Notes under the pieces: generated by a model
Databases searched by the model: none
Told to the model about the DNA's origin: nothing
Seen by the model: the letters and a program-made list of their open reading frames with translations, nothing else
Assembly: GCA_040386535.1 (NCBI GenBank)
Contig: JAZKFH010000015.1
Location: forward strand, 32,001 to 96,000
DNA from: Myxococcota bacterium
GTDB taxonomy: Bacteria; Myxococcota_A; UBA796; SXON01
Reading direction: 5' to 3'
Length of the DNA: 64,000 nt
Translations under genes and position numbers: made by a program
Shown here: one piece after another, positions 9,020 to 18,696 of the stretch
How positions within the stretch are numbered: position 1 is the first letter of the stretch
Layout: the number at the start of each line of letters is the position of its first letter

Positions 9020-9504
9020 GGCTCGAACACGCCCGCGAGGTTCTCCAGCGTGCGCGTGTAGCAGGCGATCCACTCGGGGCGGACCACGTTCTGGAAGTAG
9101 CCGCGGAACGGCGCGGGCGGCGCGTTGAGCGGCGTCTCCAGGCGCACGTTGGTGCCGCCGGCGCCCTCGGTGAGGGTCCACCTCGTGACGAACCCGCGCG
9201 GACCGAGGTGATCGAGGTCGATGATCCGCGGCGCCTCGGCGCGCACGAGCGTCATCGCGAGCTTGCGGTGCATCGCGGCGATGTCGTAGCGGACGATCGC
9301 GTTCGCGCCCTCGCCGAACGTGCGCTCGCCCGGCTCCCAACGCCCGACACAACCGGTCGGGAAGATGGCGCGCAGGTGCCCCAGATCGAGCAGGTGGGAG
9401 AACACGGCCTCGGGTGCCGCGGGGATCAGGCGCTCGGCGTGGATGTCGGTCTCGGCGCCGTCCCACTTGCCGGCGAGCGCCATGGGGATGAGGAGGAGCA
9501 GCAT
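9016..9504 (-). CDS. SRPBCC/START-like ligand-binding domain protein with signal peptide
   Basis: ERLIPAAPEAVFSHLLDL start, TRWTLTEGAGGTNV hairpin, terminal helix TLENLAGVF. ATG at 9504. Confidence 0.75.
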   Translation of the reverse strand: MLLLLIPMALAGKWDGAETDIHAERLIPAAPEAVFSHLLDLGHLRAIFPTGCVGRWEPGERTFGEGANAIVRYDIAAMHRKLAMTLVRAEAPRIIDLDHLGPRGFVTRWTLTEGAGGTNVRLETPLNAPPAPFRGYFQNVVRPEWIACYTRTLENLAGVFEP

Positions 9505-9531
9505 CCCGGCTCGCCTAACCCGTCCGCCGCT

Positions 9532-9577
9532 GTCTTCGCGCGGCAAAGCCGGAGGTCTTCGCGCGGCAAAGCCGGAG
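9532..9577. repeat. Exact tandem duplication of a 23-bp unit in a divergent promoter region
   Basis: GTCTTCGCGCGGCAAAGCCGGAG at 9532-9554 and 9555-9577; each copy has a CGGC-AAA-GCCG mini hairpin. Confidence 0.85.
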
Positions 9578-9629
9578 CTCTCGCCTTCGCCTCCTCCCGA
9601 GCGCCGGTCGGTCGCGCTAAGCTGGCGAG

Positions 9630-10118
9630 ATGTTCAGGCGACTCGTCAATCTCCCGTTCACCGTCGCGACCCGCGCGGCCCGTGCCTTCCAGGATCGCGA
9701 GGACGCGAAGGCCCGCGAGAAGTACGGCGCCACGCAGGATCCCGGCGATCTCGCCAATTCCTACCAGCCCTCCAAGGTGCCGACCGTCCTCACCACGCTC
9801 GATCCCGCCACGATCCGGATGGACGCGGCGGCGGTGCGGGGCGCGCAGGGGCAGGGCCGCAACGTCGTCATCGTCGACGTGCGCGAGCGACGCGCGGGAG
9901 AGTCCATTCCGGGCTCCCTCCACATGCCGCTCTCGGAGGTGTCGAACCGCGTGTCCGAGCTCTCCGACGATCAGCTCGTGGTCGCGTGGTCGGATGACGA
10001 GGCCGGCGCCACGCTGGCCGTGACCTTCTTCCGCGAGCGAGGCATCGAGGACGCCTGGATCCTCCCCGGCGGGATCACCCGCTGGAAGGCCGCCGGCGGC
10101 CCGGTCGAGGCCGCGTAG
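9630..10118 (+). CDS. Rhodanese-like domain protein (no active-site Cys)
   Basis: IVDVRE...IPGSLHMP...LPGGITRWKAAGGPV. The usual VVYC position reads VVAWS. Confidence 0.8.
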   Translation: MFRRLVNLPFTVATRAARAFQDREDAKAREKYGATQDPGDLANSYQPSKVPTVLTTLDPATIRMDAAAVRGAQGQGRNVVIVDVRERRAGESIPGSLHMPLSEVSNRVSELSDDQLVVAWSDDEAGATLAVTFFRERGIEDAWILPGGITRWKAAGGPVEAA

Positions 10119-10121
10119 CCC

Positions 10122-10667
10122 ATGGACACGTCCACCTGGCTGCCGCCCACGCTCCGCACCGAGCGGCTCGTGATCCGCCCGTTCACCGCGACCGACATCG
10201 CCGCGCTGCGGGCCTACGCGCAGGCGCAGTCGGCGGCCGACTACGGCTCCTGGCTCGGTGGCGCGGGCCCGGCGGACGCCGCGCGGTACCTGGTCGACAC
10301 CATCGCCCGCTACGGCCGCCCGCCGCGCACCGACCTCGGCATCTCCTTCGAGAACCAGCTCGTCGGCGGCGTGGCTTTCCACCAGGTGTGGATGTCGCCC
10401 CCCACGATGGAGCTCGGCTGGGTCATCCATCCCGCCGCGTCCGGGAAGGGCCTCGCGCGGGAGGCGGTCGGCGCGTTGCTCGGGTGGTTGTTCGATCACT
10501 TCCCCGATCTGGACCGTGTCGAGGCGCGGGTGCGCGCGTCGGATGCGAGCGGCATCCGATTGTTGGAGAAGCTGGGCTTCGTACGTGAAGGAAGCATCCG
10601 ACACGAGCGTAGTGAGGCGGACGGCGGCCTCCTCTACGGGCTGCTTCGTTCGGAATTCAAGAAATGA
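10122..10667 (+). CDS. GNAT N-acetyltransferase, RimJ/RimL type
   Basis: LRTERLVIRPF, ELGWVIHP..SGKGLAREAV, RLLEKLGFVREG, LYGLLRSEF. Confidence 0.88.
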   Translation: MDTSTWLPPTLRTERLVIRPFTATDIAALRAYAQAQSAADYGSWLGGAGPADAARYLVDTIARYGRPPRTDLGISFENQLVGGVAFHQVWMSPPTMELGWVIHPAASGKGLAREAVGALLGWLFDHFPDLDRVEARVRASDASGIRLLEKLGFVREGSIRHERSEADGGLLYGLLRSEFKK

Positions 10668-11227
10668 TCGCTCTGTTCCTCGCGCTCGGCTGCCGGGAAG
10701 CCCAGGTGGCCGTCGAGAAGGTGCGCCGCGCCGTCGTCTCCGCGAAGGAGGAGGTCACCACGCCCGCCCTCCCGTGTGACGCCGCGGTCTCGAGCCCCGA
10801 GCCGAAGGCGTGCCTCACGTCGACCCTCAAGTGTGGCGACGTGATCGAGGGCACCACCGTCGGCGGCGAGTCCAACTGGAACGACGACTTCTACGCCGGC
10901 ATCTTCTGCTTCCCCGCGGGGGACGACCGCTCGGGCCCCGAGCGCGTCTTCCGGCTCGACGCGCCCGCCAACCAGGACATCACGGTCAAGCTGCAGTCCG
11001 ACTGTGTCGACCTCGACCTCGCCCTGCTCGCGTGGGACTACCAGGGCACCTGCCCCGGCGTGAACCACCTCATCCCCGAGTGTGAGGGCGAGAACAAGAA
11101 GGGCGGCGACGTGGTGCGCCTGAACACCTTCAAGGCGCGCGACTACCTCATCGCGGTGGAGGCAAAACACGGCAAGACCGGCCCCTTCCGCCTCACGGTG
11201 AGCTGCGCGCCGCTCGCGGGGCGTTGA
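10664..11227 (+). CDS. Cys-rich lipoprotein with PPC-like beta-sandwich
   Basis: Lipobox LALGC; GPERVFRL, DLDLALL, YLIAVE...GPFRLTVSC pattern typical of PPC-like domains. Confidence 0.65.
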   Translation: MIALFLALGCREAQVAVEKVRRAVVSAKEEVTTPALPCDAAVSSPEPKACLTSTLKCGDVIEGTTVGGESNWNDDFYAGIFCFPAGDDRSGPERVFRLDAPANQDITVKLQSDCVDLDLALLAWDYQGTCPGVNHLIPECEGENKKGGDVVRLNTFKARDYLIAVEAKHGKTGPFRLTVSCAPLAGR

Positions 11228-11230
11228 GGG

Positions 11231-11797
11231 TCAGGGAGCGGGCGGCGGTTCGGGATCGAGCCACCATTCGGTGATGTCGATCTCGAGCTCTTGGAAGGGC
11301 TCGGCGCGAACCGGCTCGTCGCCGCCGTGGGTCGCGACGAGGAGCCAGTGCTCCTCGTGGAGGCGGTAGACTTCGAGCTTGCGGGCGACGGGGTCGACGA
11401 GCCAGACGTGGCCGACGCCAGCGCGCGCGTAGAGGGGAAGCTTCCGGCCACGGTCGACCGCGACGCTCGTGGGCTCGAGGATCTCGCACGCCCAATCGGG
11501 CGGCGGCGCGTCGGACCAGGCCTCGGGGAGCCGCGGAGTTCGGTCGCGTCGCCATCCGCCCAGGTCCGACACGAGCACGTCGTGAGAGAGATGGTGCTCG
11601 GGTCGCATCAGGATGCACCACCGCCCGTCGCTCCGCCGACCAGCCTCCAGCAGCGCTGCCGCGACGGCGATGCGCGCGTGCGCGATGGGGCTGGGGTTGT
11701 CGCTCGCGTAGAGGTCGCCGCCGAGGAGCTCGCCGACGGACTGCTCGGGAAGCGCGCACAGGTCGTCCCAGGTCGCATTTCGGCGAACGAGGTGCAT
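11231..11797 (-). CDS. Uma2/DUF820 putative endonuclease
   Basis: ATWDDLCALPE...ELLGGDLY, VLVSDLGGW, PDWACEILEP, KLPLYARAGVGHVWLVDP, VRAEPF. Confidence 0.88.
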   Translation of the reverse strand: MHLVRRNATWDDLCALPEQSVGELLGGDLYASDNPSPIAHARIAVAAALLEAGRRSDGRWCILMRPEHHLSHDVLVSDLGGWRRDRTPRLPEAWSDAPPPDWACEILEPTSVAVDRGRKLPLYARAGVGHVWLVDPVARKLEVYRLHEEHWLLVATHGGDEPVRAEPFQELEIDITEWWLDPEPPPAP

Positions 11798-11953
11798 TCC
11801 AAAAGGCTAACCGCGGTGGCGCCCGCAAGGTGCCGGGTTTCCCGCGGCAGGCGCCTGGAGGGCGCGTGGGCGCGTCAGCGGCCGCGCGGTTCGGCGCCCC
11901 GCCAGGGGCGGACGCGCCAACCGACGCCGGAGGCGGAGCCCGCAAGGGGCCGA

Positions 11954-11985
11954 CGGCACCCCGTCCGATCGAGGACGGGGCGCCG
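11954..11985 (-). terminator. GC-rich stem-loop just downstream of the aconitase stop
   Basis: CGGCACCCCGTCC-GATCGA-GGACGGGGCGCCG; the single mismatch becomes a G-U pair on the minus strand. No U tract. Confidence 0.45.
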
Positions 11986-12003
11986 GGCCGCCCAGAGCCG
12001 GAC

Positions 12004-14289
12004 CTAGGCCTTGGCCGCGGCGGCGTTGGACCGGATCAGGTTGAGCGCGCTGCCCGCGACGAACCAGGCGAACTGCTCGGGGGACTGCGTGGTCTTGACG
12101 GCGATGCGGTCGACCGTTCCGTCGGCATGCGTGAGCACCAGCGTGGGCGCCTTGCCCTGGGGGATGCCGGCGATGCCCTCGATGGCGACGATGTCGTCCT
12201 CGCGCACCTTCTCGTAGTCCGCGGGGTTCGCGAAGGTGAGCGGGAGCAGGCCCTGCTTCTTGAGGTTGGTCTCGTGGATGCGGGCGAAGCTGCGCGCGAC
12301 GACCGCGCGGGCGCCCATCAGGCGCGGCTCCATGGCGGCGTGCTCGCGGGAGCTGCCCTCGCCGTAGTTCTCGTCGCCGATGGCGACCCAGCCCTGGCCC
12401 GCGGCGCGGTAACGCTTGGCGAGGTCGGGGTAGGCGACGCTGGCCTCACCCGAGACCATGTCCTTCCCCTTGCCCATCTCGCCGGTGAAGGCGTTGTTGG
12501 CGGTGAGGAAGAGGTTGCCCGAGATGTTGGTGAGGTGGCCGCGGTACTTGAGCCAGGGGCCGGCGGCCGAGATGTGGTCGGTCGTGCACTTGCCCTTGGC
12601 CTTGAGCAGGACCACGAGCCCGCCGATGTCGTGGCCGTCCCACGCCGCGAAGGGCGTGAGGCGCTCGAGGCGATCGGACGCGGGGGCGATGGCGACGTCG
12701 ACGCTCTTGCCCGCCTCGGAGGGGGCGATGAAGCCGTCGAAGCCGGCGGCGAAGCCCTGGGCGGGGAGCTCTTCGGCCTCGGGGGCCTCGAACTTGAAGG
12801 TGACGCCGTCGCGGGTGATCGTGTCGGTGAGCGGGTTGAAGCGCAAATCCCCGGCGAAGGCGAGCGCCGTCACGATCTCGGGGCTGCCGATGAACGAGAG
12901 GGTGGCGGTGTTGCCGTCGTTGCGGGCGGGGAAGTTGCGGTTGAAGGAGGAGACGATGGAGTTGCTCTCGCCCTTCTTGATGTCGTCGCGCTTCCACTGG
13001 CCGATGCAGGGGCCGCAGGCGTTGGCGAGCACGGTGCCGCCTACGTCGTTGAGGGCCGCCATCTGCCCGTCGCGCTGGATCGTGGCGTAGATCTGGTCCG
13101 ATCCCGGCGAGATGAGGAAGGGCGTGGCGATCTTGAGGCCCGCGGCCGCGGCCTGGCGGGCGAGGTGCGCGCTGCGGCCGATGTCCTCGTAGGAGGAGTT
13201 GGTGCACGAGCCGATGAGCGCGCTCGAGATGTGGGCGGGGTAGCCCTCCTTCTCGACGGCGGCGCGCATCTCGGAGATGGGGCGCGCCAGATCGGGGGTG
13301 TGGGGGCCGACGAGGTGCGGCTCGAGCGTGTCGAGATCGATCTCGACGACGCGGTCGAAGTACGTGGCGGGATCGGCCTCCACCTCGGGGTCGGCCCGGA
13401 GGGAAGCGGCGTTCGCGTCACACAGGTCGGCCTCGGCGCCGCGGGTAGTGGTGCGCAGGTACGTCGCCATGCGGGAGTCGTAGGGGAAGACCGACGTGGT
13501 CGCGCCGAGCTCGGCACCCATGTTGCAGATCGTCGCCTTGCCGGTGCACGAGAGGCTCTCGGTGCCGGGGCCGAAGTACTCGATGATCGCGTTGGTGCCG
13601 CCCTTGACGGTGAGCAGGCCCGCGAGCTTGAGGATGACATCCTTCGGGGAGGTCCAGCCGTTGAGCTTGCCGGTGAGCTTGACCCCGATGACCTTGGGGC
13701 AGAGCACCTCCCAAGGGAGGCCGACCATCGCGTCGACCGCGTCCGCGCCGCCGACGCCCACCGCCAGCATGCCGAGGCCGCCGGCGTTCGGCGTGTGGCT
13801 GTCCGTGCCGATCATCAGCGTGCCCGGCAACGCGTAGTTCTCCAGGATGACCTGGTGGATGATGCCGGCGCCCGGCTTCCAGAAGCCGATGCCGTAGCGT
13901 TGCGACACGGTGCGGAGGAACTCGTAGACCTCGAAGTTCTCCGAGAGGGCCACCTTCATGTCCTCGCCGGCGCCGACGTGGGCGCGGATGAGGTGGTCAC
14001 AGTGCACGGTCGAGGGGACCGCGGTGGTCTCCTTGCCGGCGAGCATGAACTGGAGGAGCGCCATCTGCGCCGTTGCGTCCTGCATGGCGACGCGATCCGG
14101 GTTCAGGTCGAGGAACGACTTGCCGCGCACGAACTGGGCGTTCTCGGGGTCCGCGAGGTGGGCGAAGAGGATCTTCTCCGCGAGCGTGATCGCGCGGCCG
14201 AGGCGGCGGCGGGCGATGGCGTGGCGGGCGGGGAAGGTCGCGAAGAGGGTCTTCGCCGCGGCGAGCTCGGGAGAGACGCTGGTGGTCAT
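12004..14289 (-). CDS. Aconitate hydratase (mitochondrial-like type)
   Basis: [93 protein letters not shown]. Confidence 0.96.
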   Translation of the reverse strand: MTTSVSPELAAAKTLFATFPARHAIARRRLGRAITLAEKILFAHLADPENAQFVRGKSFLDLNPDRVAMQDATAQMALLQFMLAGKETTAVPSTVHCDHLIRAHVGAGEDMKVALSENFEVYEFLRTVSQRYGIGFWKPGAGIIHQVILENYALPGTLMIGTDSHTPNAGGLGMLAVGVGGADAVDAMVGLPWEVLCPKVIGVKLTGKLNGWTSPKDVILKLAGLLTVKGGTNAIIEYFGPGTESLSCTGKATICNMGAELGATTSVFPYDSRMATYLRTTTRGAEADLCDANAASLRADPEVEADPATYFDRVVEIDLDTLEPHLVGPHTPDLARPISEMRAAVEKEGYPAHISSALIGSCTNSSYEDIGRSAHLARQAAAAGLKIATPFLISPGSDQIYATIQRDGQMAALNDVGGTVLANACGPCIGQWKRDDIKKGESNSIVSSFNRNFPARNDGNTATLSFIGSPEIVTALAFAGDLRFNPLTDTITRDGVTFKFEAPEAEELPAQGFAAGFDGFIAPSEAGKSVDVAIAPASDRLERLTPFAAWDGHDIGGLVVLLKAKGKCTTDHISAAGPWLKYRGHLTNISGNLFLTANNAFTGEMGKGKDMVSGEASVAYPDLAKRYRAAGQGWVAIGDENYGEGSSREHAAMEPRLMGARAVVARSFARIHETNLKKQGLLPLTFANPADYEKVREDDIVAIEGIAGIPQGKAPTLVLTHADGTVDRIAVKTTQSPEQFAWFVAGSALNLIRSNAAAAKA

Positions 14290-14391
14290 CGGGACTCCGG
14301 AAAGGCGGGCCATCTAAGCCGTCGGGGGGAGCGGGGCCATGCCCCTCTGTTCGGCGGGCGCGGGGTAGGATGGGGCGAGCGAGAGGCGTGG

Positions 14392-14973
14392 ATGTTCGGT
14401 CTGCTGATGATGGTCGTGGCTTGCGGGACCGCGCCAGAGGTGCCGGTCGAGGCCGCTCCTGCCCCCGTCGCGGCGCCCGAGGTGCCAGCGGACATCGAGA
14501 TCAGCGATCTGCTCGGGACTCCCCCGCCGGCGGTGATGCCGGGCCTCGGGATGCGCGGCGAGGGCGTGCAGAACGGGGGGCCGACGTATGGGCCGCGGCT
14601 GGGTGAGATTCCGGTGGGCGGGTTCGGGACGGGGACCTACGGCACCGCCAAGAAGGACGCCTTGCGGGTCATGCACATCGACCCGCCCACGGTGACCGGG
14701 CCGCTCTCGGCGGACTTGCTCCAGGGCTTCTTCCGGAGCGAATCCGGCGTGCGGGTGTGCACCGACCTGCTCCCCGTCGATGCCCGGGGCGCGCTCGACC
14801 TGCGCCTGACGATCGGCGCGGACGGGGTGGTCGGGAAGCGCGAGGTGACACGCTCCACGTTCGCGAACGACGCCGCCTTGCGCGCGTGCCTGCTGGCGCT
14901 GCCCATGCCCACGTTTGTCTCGGCCGCGGCGCCGTCGGTGGTGGTCCAGTCGTTCCGCTTCTCCGAGGCCTGA
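14392..14973 (+). CDS. Lipoprotein with AgmX/PglI C-terminal (TonB-C-like) domain
   Basis: Lipobox VVAC, Pro/Gly-rich linker, VTGPLS...VRVC...GALDLRLTIGADGVV...RAC...FRF. ATG at 14392. Confidence 0.7.
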   Translation: MFGLLMMVVACGTAPEVPVEAAPAPVAAPEVPADIEISDLLGTPPPAVMPGLGMRGEGVQNGGPTYGPRLGEIPVGGFGTGTYGTAKKDALRVMHIDPPTVTGPLSADLLQGFFRSESGVRVCTDLLPVDARGALDLRLTIGADGVVGKREVTRSTFANDAALRACLLALPMPTFVSAAAPSVVVQSFRFSEA

Positions 14974-15434
14974 TGTTGCTGGCGCTGCTCGCCTGCGCCG
15001 GCCCCGACCCGACCGGCCCCTCCGACCGCCTCGCCTTCCGCGACCTCGACTGCGCGCGGATCGTGGACGTGGCGCTGCGCGACGACTGCCGGATCGCCTC
15101 GGTCCGTGCGGCCCCTGCCACGGCCGACGCCGCGTGCCCCGAGGTCGCCTCGACGGTCCTGCGCGAGGAGTGCTGGTTCACGGCGGTGGACGCCCAGGAG
15201 TTGACCGGTGCGGACGCCATGCGCGCGTGCGGCCGGGCGGGGCGCTTCGTTGCGTTCTGCCACGCGAACGCGGTCTCGCGGGAGGTGTCGCGCCTGCCGC
15301 CGATGAACGAGGCCGCGCTCACGACGGAGGTGGAGCGGATCCTCGCGTCCTACACCCGGCCGCAACGCGAGGCCCGGGAGATCGTGCGGCGCCGGATCGC
15401 GGCGGTGGGGGAGGGGAACTCGGAAGCGGACTAG
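14973..15434 (+). CDS. Cys-rich lipoprotein, hypothetical
   Basis: MLLALLAC lipobox; repeated C-x(8-9)-C pairs (CARIVDVALRDDC, CPEVASTVLREEC). ATG overlaps the upstream TGA. Confidence 0.65.
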   Translation: MLLALLACAGPDPTGPSDRLAFRDLDCARIVDVALRDDCRIASVRAAPATADAACPEVASTVLREECWFTAVDAQELTGADAMRACGRAGRFVAFCHANAVSREVSRLPPMNEAALTTEVERILASYTRPQREAREIVRRRIAAVGEGNSEAD

Positions 15435-17137
15435 GCGATGTCCTCGACCGTGATCCGCGCGTTCGTCCGCCCGTTCCACTCGTTGAGCCCGACCGTGCCG
15501 AGCACCGCGCGCGCCCCGACGAGGAGATCGCGCTGGTCCGCGCCGCCCCACCACACGGCGTCGGCGCCGTCGATCTGGAAGAAGATGTGGCGGTCCTTGA
15601 TGATGCGGATGCCCGTGATCGCGCCCTCGACCACGATGCGCGCGGCGCCGTTTCCTTTGCCGCACGGCTCGAGGTGCCCGAGCTCGGCGAGGAGCGCGAG
15701 GGTGACGCCGGAGCCAGGGGTGGTCGCGTCGACCGGCTCGACGGGCACGAGATCTTCGGCGCCCGCGTTCGTGTCGACGAAGACGGCGAGGCGCGCCGCG
15801 AGCTCGGGGAGCTTGTCGGTGGGGACGGTGAAGCCGGCGGCGGCGGCGTGCCCGCCGTAGCGCACGAGGAGGTCCTGGACGGCGTCGAGCGCGCGCACGG
15901 CGTGCACCGCCGCCACCGAACGCACGCTCCCCGTCGAGAGCGCGCCGAGCACGGCAACCACGGCGACGGGACGGTGCACCCGGTCGCGCACCTTCGCCGC
16001 CACGATGCCGACCACGCCGCGATGCCAGCCCTCCTCCTCCTCTCCCCACACCACCACGAAGCCCGGCACCGGATCCGGCACGAGGGTGAGCGCGGCGGTC
16101 ACGAGCTCCTCCTGGATGCCTTGGCGCTCGCGGTTGAGCCCGTCGAGCGCATGGGCCTGGGCCTTTGCGGCGGCGGGGTCGCGCTCGCGGAGCAGCCGCA
16201 CGACGGCGTTCGCGTCTTTCAGGCGCCCGGCGGCGTTGATGCGCGGGCCGATGCGGAACCCGAGCGCGCCCGCGTCGAGCTTGCCCGGGGCCGCGCCGGC
16301 CACCTCGAGGAGTGCGGCGAGGCCGGGGCCGTGGCGGTCCGTGTTGAGCGCCGCGAGGCCACGCGCGACGATGCCGCGGTTCTCGGGCGTCGAGAGGTCC
16401 ACCACGTCGGCGACCGTGCCGATGGCCGCGAGCTTGAAGAGCGAGCGCAAGACCTCGTCGCGGCGCGGATCCCGGGCGAGCAGCGCGGTCGCGAGCTTGA
16501 GTGACACGCCGCACGCAGCGAGGGCCTTGTTGGGGTAGGGGCACCCCTTCTGCGGCGGGCAGATGACCGCGTAGGCATCGGCGGGGACGGCCTCGCCGGC
16601 GGGGAGGTGGTGGTCGACCACGAGCACGTCGAGGCCGGCGGCGCGCGCCTGGGCCACGGTCACGTGGTCGCGCACGCCGATGTCGGCGGTGACGAGTAGG
16701 GTGACGCCGTCCGCGGCGGCGGTCTCGACGGCCAGCGCCGAGAGCCCGTAGCCCTCGCGGAAGCGGTCGGGCACGTGGTAGCTCACGACGGCGCCGCTGC
16801 CGGCGGCCTGGATGCGGCGATCGAGCGCGGCGTGGAGGATGAGGCACGAGGTGGTGCCGTCCACGTCGTAGTCCGTCACGAGGCGGATGTGCTCGGAAGC
16901 GGCGATGGCCCGTTCGATGCGCTCGACGGCGCGCGGCAGGCCGAGGAGCAGCTCCGGATCGTGGAGCGGCCCGTCGAGCGGGGAGAGGAACGCCGCGGCG
17001 GTGCCGACGTCGTGGCCGCGGGCGGCGAGCACCCGCGCGGTGAGGGGCAGGATGCCGAGGGAGGCGCGCAGCGCGTCGATCACGGGGGCGGCGGCCGGGG
17101 TGAGCTCCCAGCGGCGGCCCGTTCGGGAGGTCCACAT
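15431..17137 (-). CDS. recJ: Single-stranded-DNA exonuclease RecJ (DHH family)
   Basis: DYDVDG, VPDRFREGYG, VDHH, AAIGTVADVV, IGPRINAAGR, YGGHAAAAG. Confidence 0.93.
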   Translation of the reverse strand: MWTSRTGRRWELTPAAAPVIDALRASLGILPLTARVLAARGHDVGTAAAFLSPLDGPLHDPELLLGLPRAVERIERAIAASEHIRLVTDYDVDGTTSCLILHAALDRRIQAAGSGAVVSYHVPDRFREGYGLSALAVETAAADGVTLLVTADIGVRDHVTVAQARAAGLDVLVVDHHLPAGEAVPADAYAVICPPQKGCPYPNKALAACGVSLKLATALLARDPRRDEVLRSLFKLAAIGTVADVVDLSTPENRGIVARGLAALNTDRHGPGLAALLEVAGAAPGKLDAGALGFRIGPRINAAGRLKDANAVVRLLRERDPAAAKAQAHALDGLNRERQGIQEELVTAALTLVPDPVPGFVVVWGEEEEGWHRGVVGIVAAKVRDRVHRPVAVVAVLGALSTGSVRSVAAVHAVRALDAVQDLLVRYGGHAAAAGFTVPTDKLPELAARLAVFVDTNAGAEDLVPVEPVDATTPGSGVTLALLAELGHLEPCGKGNGAARIVVEGAITGIRIIKDRHIFFQIDGADAVWWGGADQRDLLVGARAVLGTVGLNEWNGRTNARITVEDIA

Positions 17138-17185
17138 CCGCACGCCTCTACCGCTCGGGCTCCGCGCCCGCCATGCCTCGGCTCG

Positions 17186-18553
17186 TCAGCTCCCGAACGC
17201 CAGCCAGCCGAGGCCCACGCCGAGCGCCATCCCGCCGACCGCCGCGAAGACCGCGGCGCTTCCGAACACGGCCCACTTCAGCGCACCGCGCGGCGGCGGG
17301 CCGGCGACCTCGGCGGTGGCGCCGTCGGTGGACGCGGTTGCCGTGGAGGGGAGGTCACCGCGCGCGTTCGTGGCGGCCGAGCCGCTCCCCATCCGCAGCG
17401 TCACCACGTGGGTGCGCCGCTCGCCGCGCCAGTCGGCCACGATCTCGATGCGCGCGAGGCCGTCGGGGTCCACGCCGCCGGACCGCACGTCCACCACGAC
17501 GGCGCCGGGCGCGACGATCGCGGCGTCGAAGGGGGCGCCCTCGGGGAGCGCCGGCGCGTGGCCGTTCACGGGGGTCACCTCGCCGACGAGGTGCGCGGGA
17601 GGCGGGTAGGCGGGCACGCGCTCGCCCATGAGCGCCGCGAGGCCGGCGGCGCCCGGGCCGTGCAACACGGGCCCCTGGGAGAGCCGGGGCATCGGATCCC
17701 GCGGCACGGGCAGCTCGTCGAACGGGCCGTCCATCGCGTCGATGGGCTCGGGCGGCGTCACGTCCTCGCTGCGGACCACGAGCTCGGAGAGCACGGCGTC
17801 GACCTGGCCCGCGTCGAGCTTGCCCGCGGCGCGCAGGCGGGCAACGGCCTCGTCCTCGCCGGGGCGCACGGCACGAATCGCGTCCATGTGGTCGCGCACG
17901 ACCTGCCGCTCGTCCTCCGGCGCGGCGCGCTCGACGGCGGTGAGCGGCATGGCGTTGCTCTGGCCGGAGAGGTTCTCGCGGATGCGCTGGCCGGCGATGT
18001 CGGTGATGCGGCGCAACGTGTCGAGCACGCCACGGCCCTCGGAGGCCACGGCCTCGATCACGGGCACGCCGAAGGGGTTGAGCTCGGCGGTCATCCCCTC
18101 GACGGACATCGCGCCTTCGACGTCCCGTTTGTTGAGCTGGACCACCAGCGGGATGCTGGAGAGATCGAGCCCTTGCGCACGCAAGTTGTCCTCGAGGTCG
18201 ACCAGCGCCTCGAGGTTGGCCGCGGCGCGCGCCGGGGTCGAGTCCGCCACGAACACCACGGCGTCCGCGCCCTGGAGCACCACGCGGCGCGTCTCTTTGT
18301 AGTAGACCTGCCCCGGTACGGTGAAGAGCTTGAAACGAGCGGTGAATCCGGCGATCTCCCCGAAGCGCATCGGCGCGTAGTCGAAGAAGAGCGTGCGGTC
18401 CTGCTCGGTGCGCAACGAATGCAGCTCGCCGCGCTGGCCGGCGGGCATGAGGCGGTGGAGGACCTCGACGTTCGTCGTCTTGCCGGAGAGTGCCGGTCCG
18501 TAGAAGACGATCTTCACTTCGATTTCGCGTCGGGCGAAGTTGATCAGGGCCAT
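17186..18553 (-). CDS. MglA-family small GTPase domain with long C-terminal extension and terminal TM helix
   Basis: MALINFARREIEVKIVFYGPALSGKTTN, DRTLFFD, TVPGQVYY, NKRD, EAVASEG; hydrophobic C-terminus. Confidence 0.9.
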   Translation of the reverse strand: MALINFARREIEVKIVFYGPALSGKTTNVEVLHRLMPAGQRGELHSLRTEQDRTLFFDYAPMRFGEIAGFTARFKLFTVPGQVYYKETRRVVLQGADAVVFVADSTPARAAANLEALVDLEDNLRAQGLDLSSIPLVVQLNKRDVEGAMSVEGMTAELNPFGVPVIEAVASEGRGVLDTLRRITDIAGQRIRENLSGQSNAMPLTAVERAAPEDERQVVRDHMDAIRAVRPGEDEAVARLRAAGKLDAGQVDAVLSELVVRSEDVTPPEPIDAMDGPFDELPVPRDPMPRLSQGPVLHGPGAAGLAALMGERVPAYPPPAHLVGEVTPVNGHAPALPEGAPFDAAIVAPGAVVVDVRSGGVDPDGLARIEIVADWRGERRTHVVTLRMGSGSAATNARGDLPSTATASTDGATAEVAGPPPRGALKWAVFGSAAVFAAVGGMALGVGLGWLAFGS

Positions 18554-18696
18554 CGACCAGGGCTCCCGGGGCCAGGGGACGCGAATCATACAGGATCCGG
18601 GCCGGGCGCGTGGCCGAGAGGGCCGCGCCGCCCCTCCTCGAACCGTGCGGAGCGTTAAGGCCGTTGCCCCCGTTCGCCCCCCTGTCGAGGCTCGCC

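Noticed and set aside
11231..11797. Uma2 gene as a defence or restriction system
   Set aside because: It is a solitary member of a family that is highly expanded in myxobacteria, with no methylase or partner gene.
11830..14391. Long N-terminal part of the 1047-aa + ORF
   Set aside because: It is antisense to aconitase; only the part from ATG 14392 has a lipobox and a recognisable domain.
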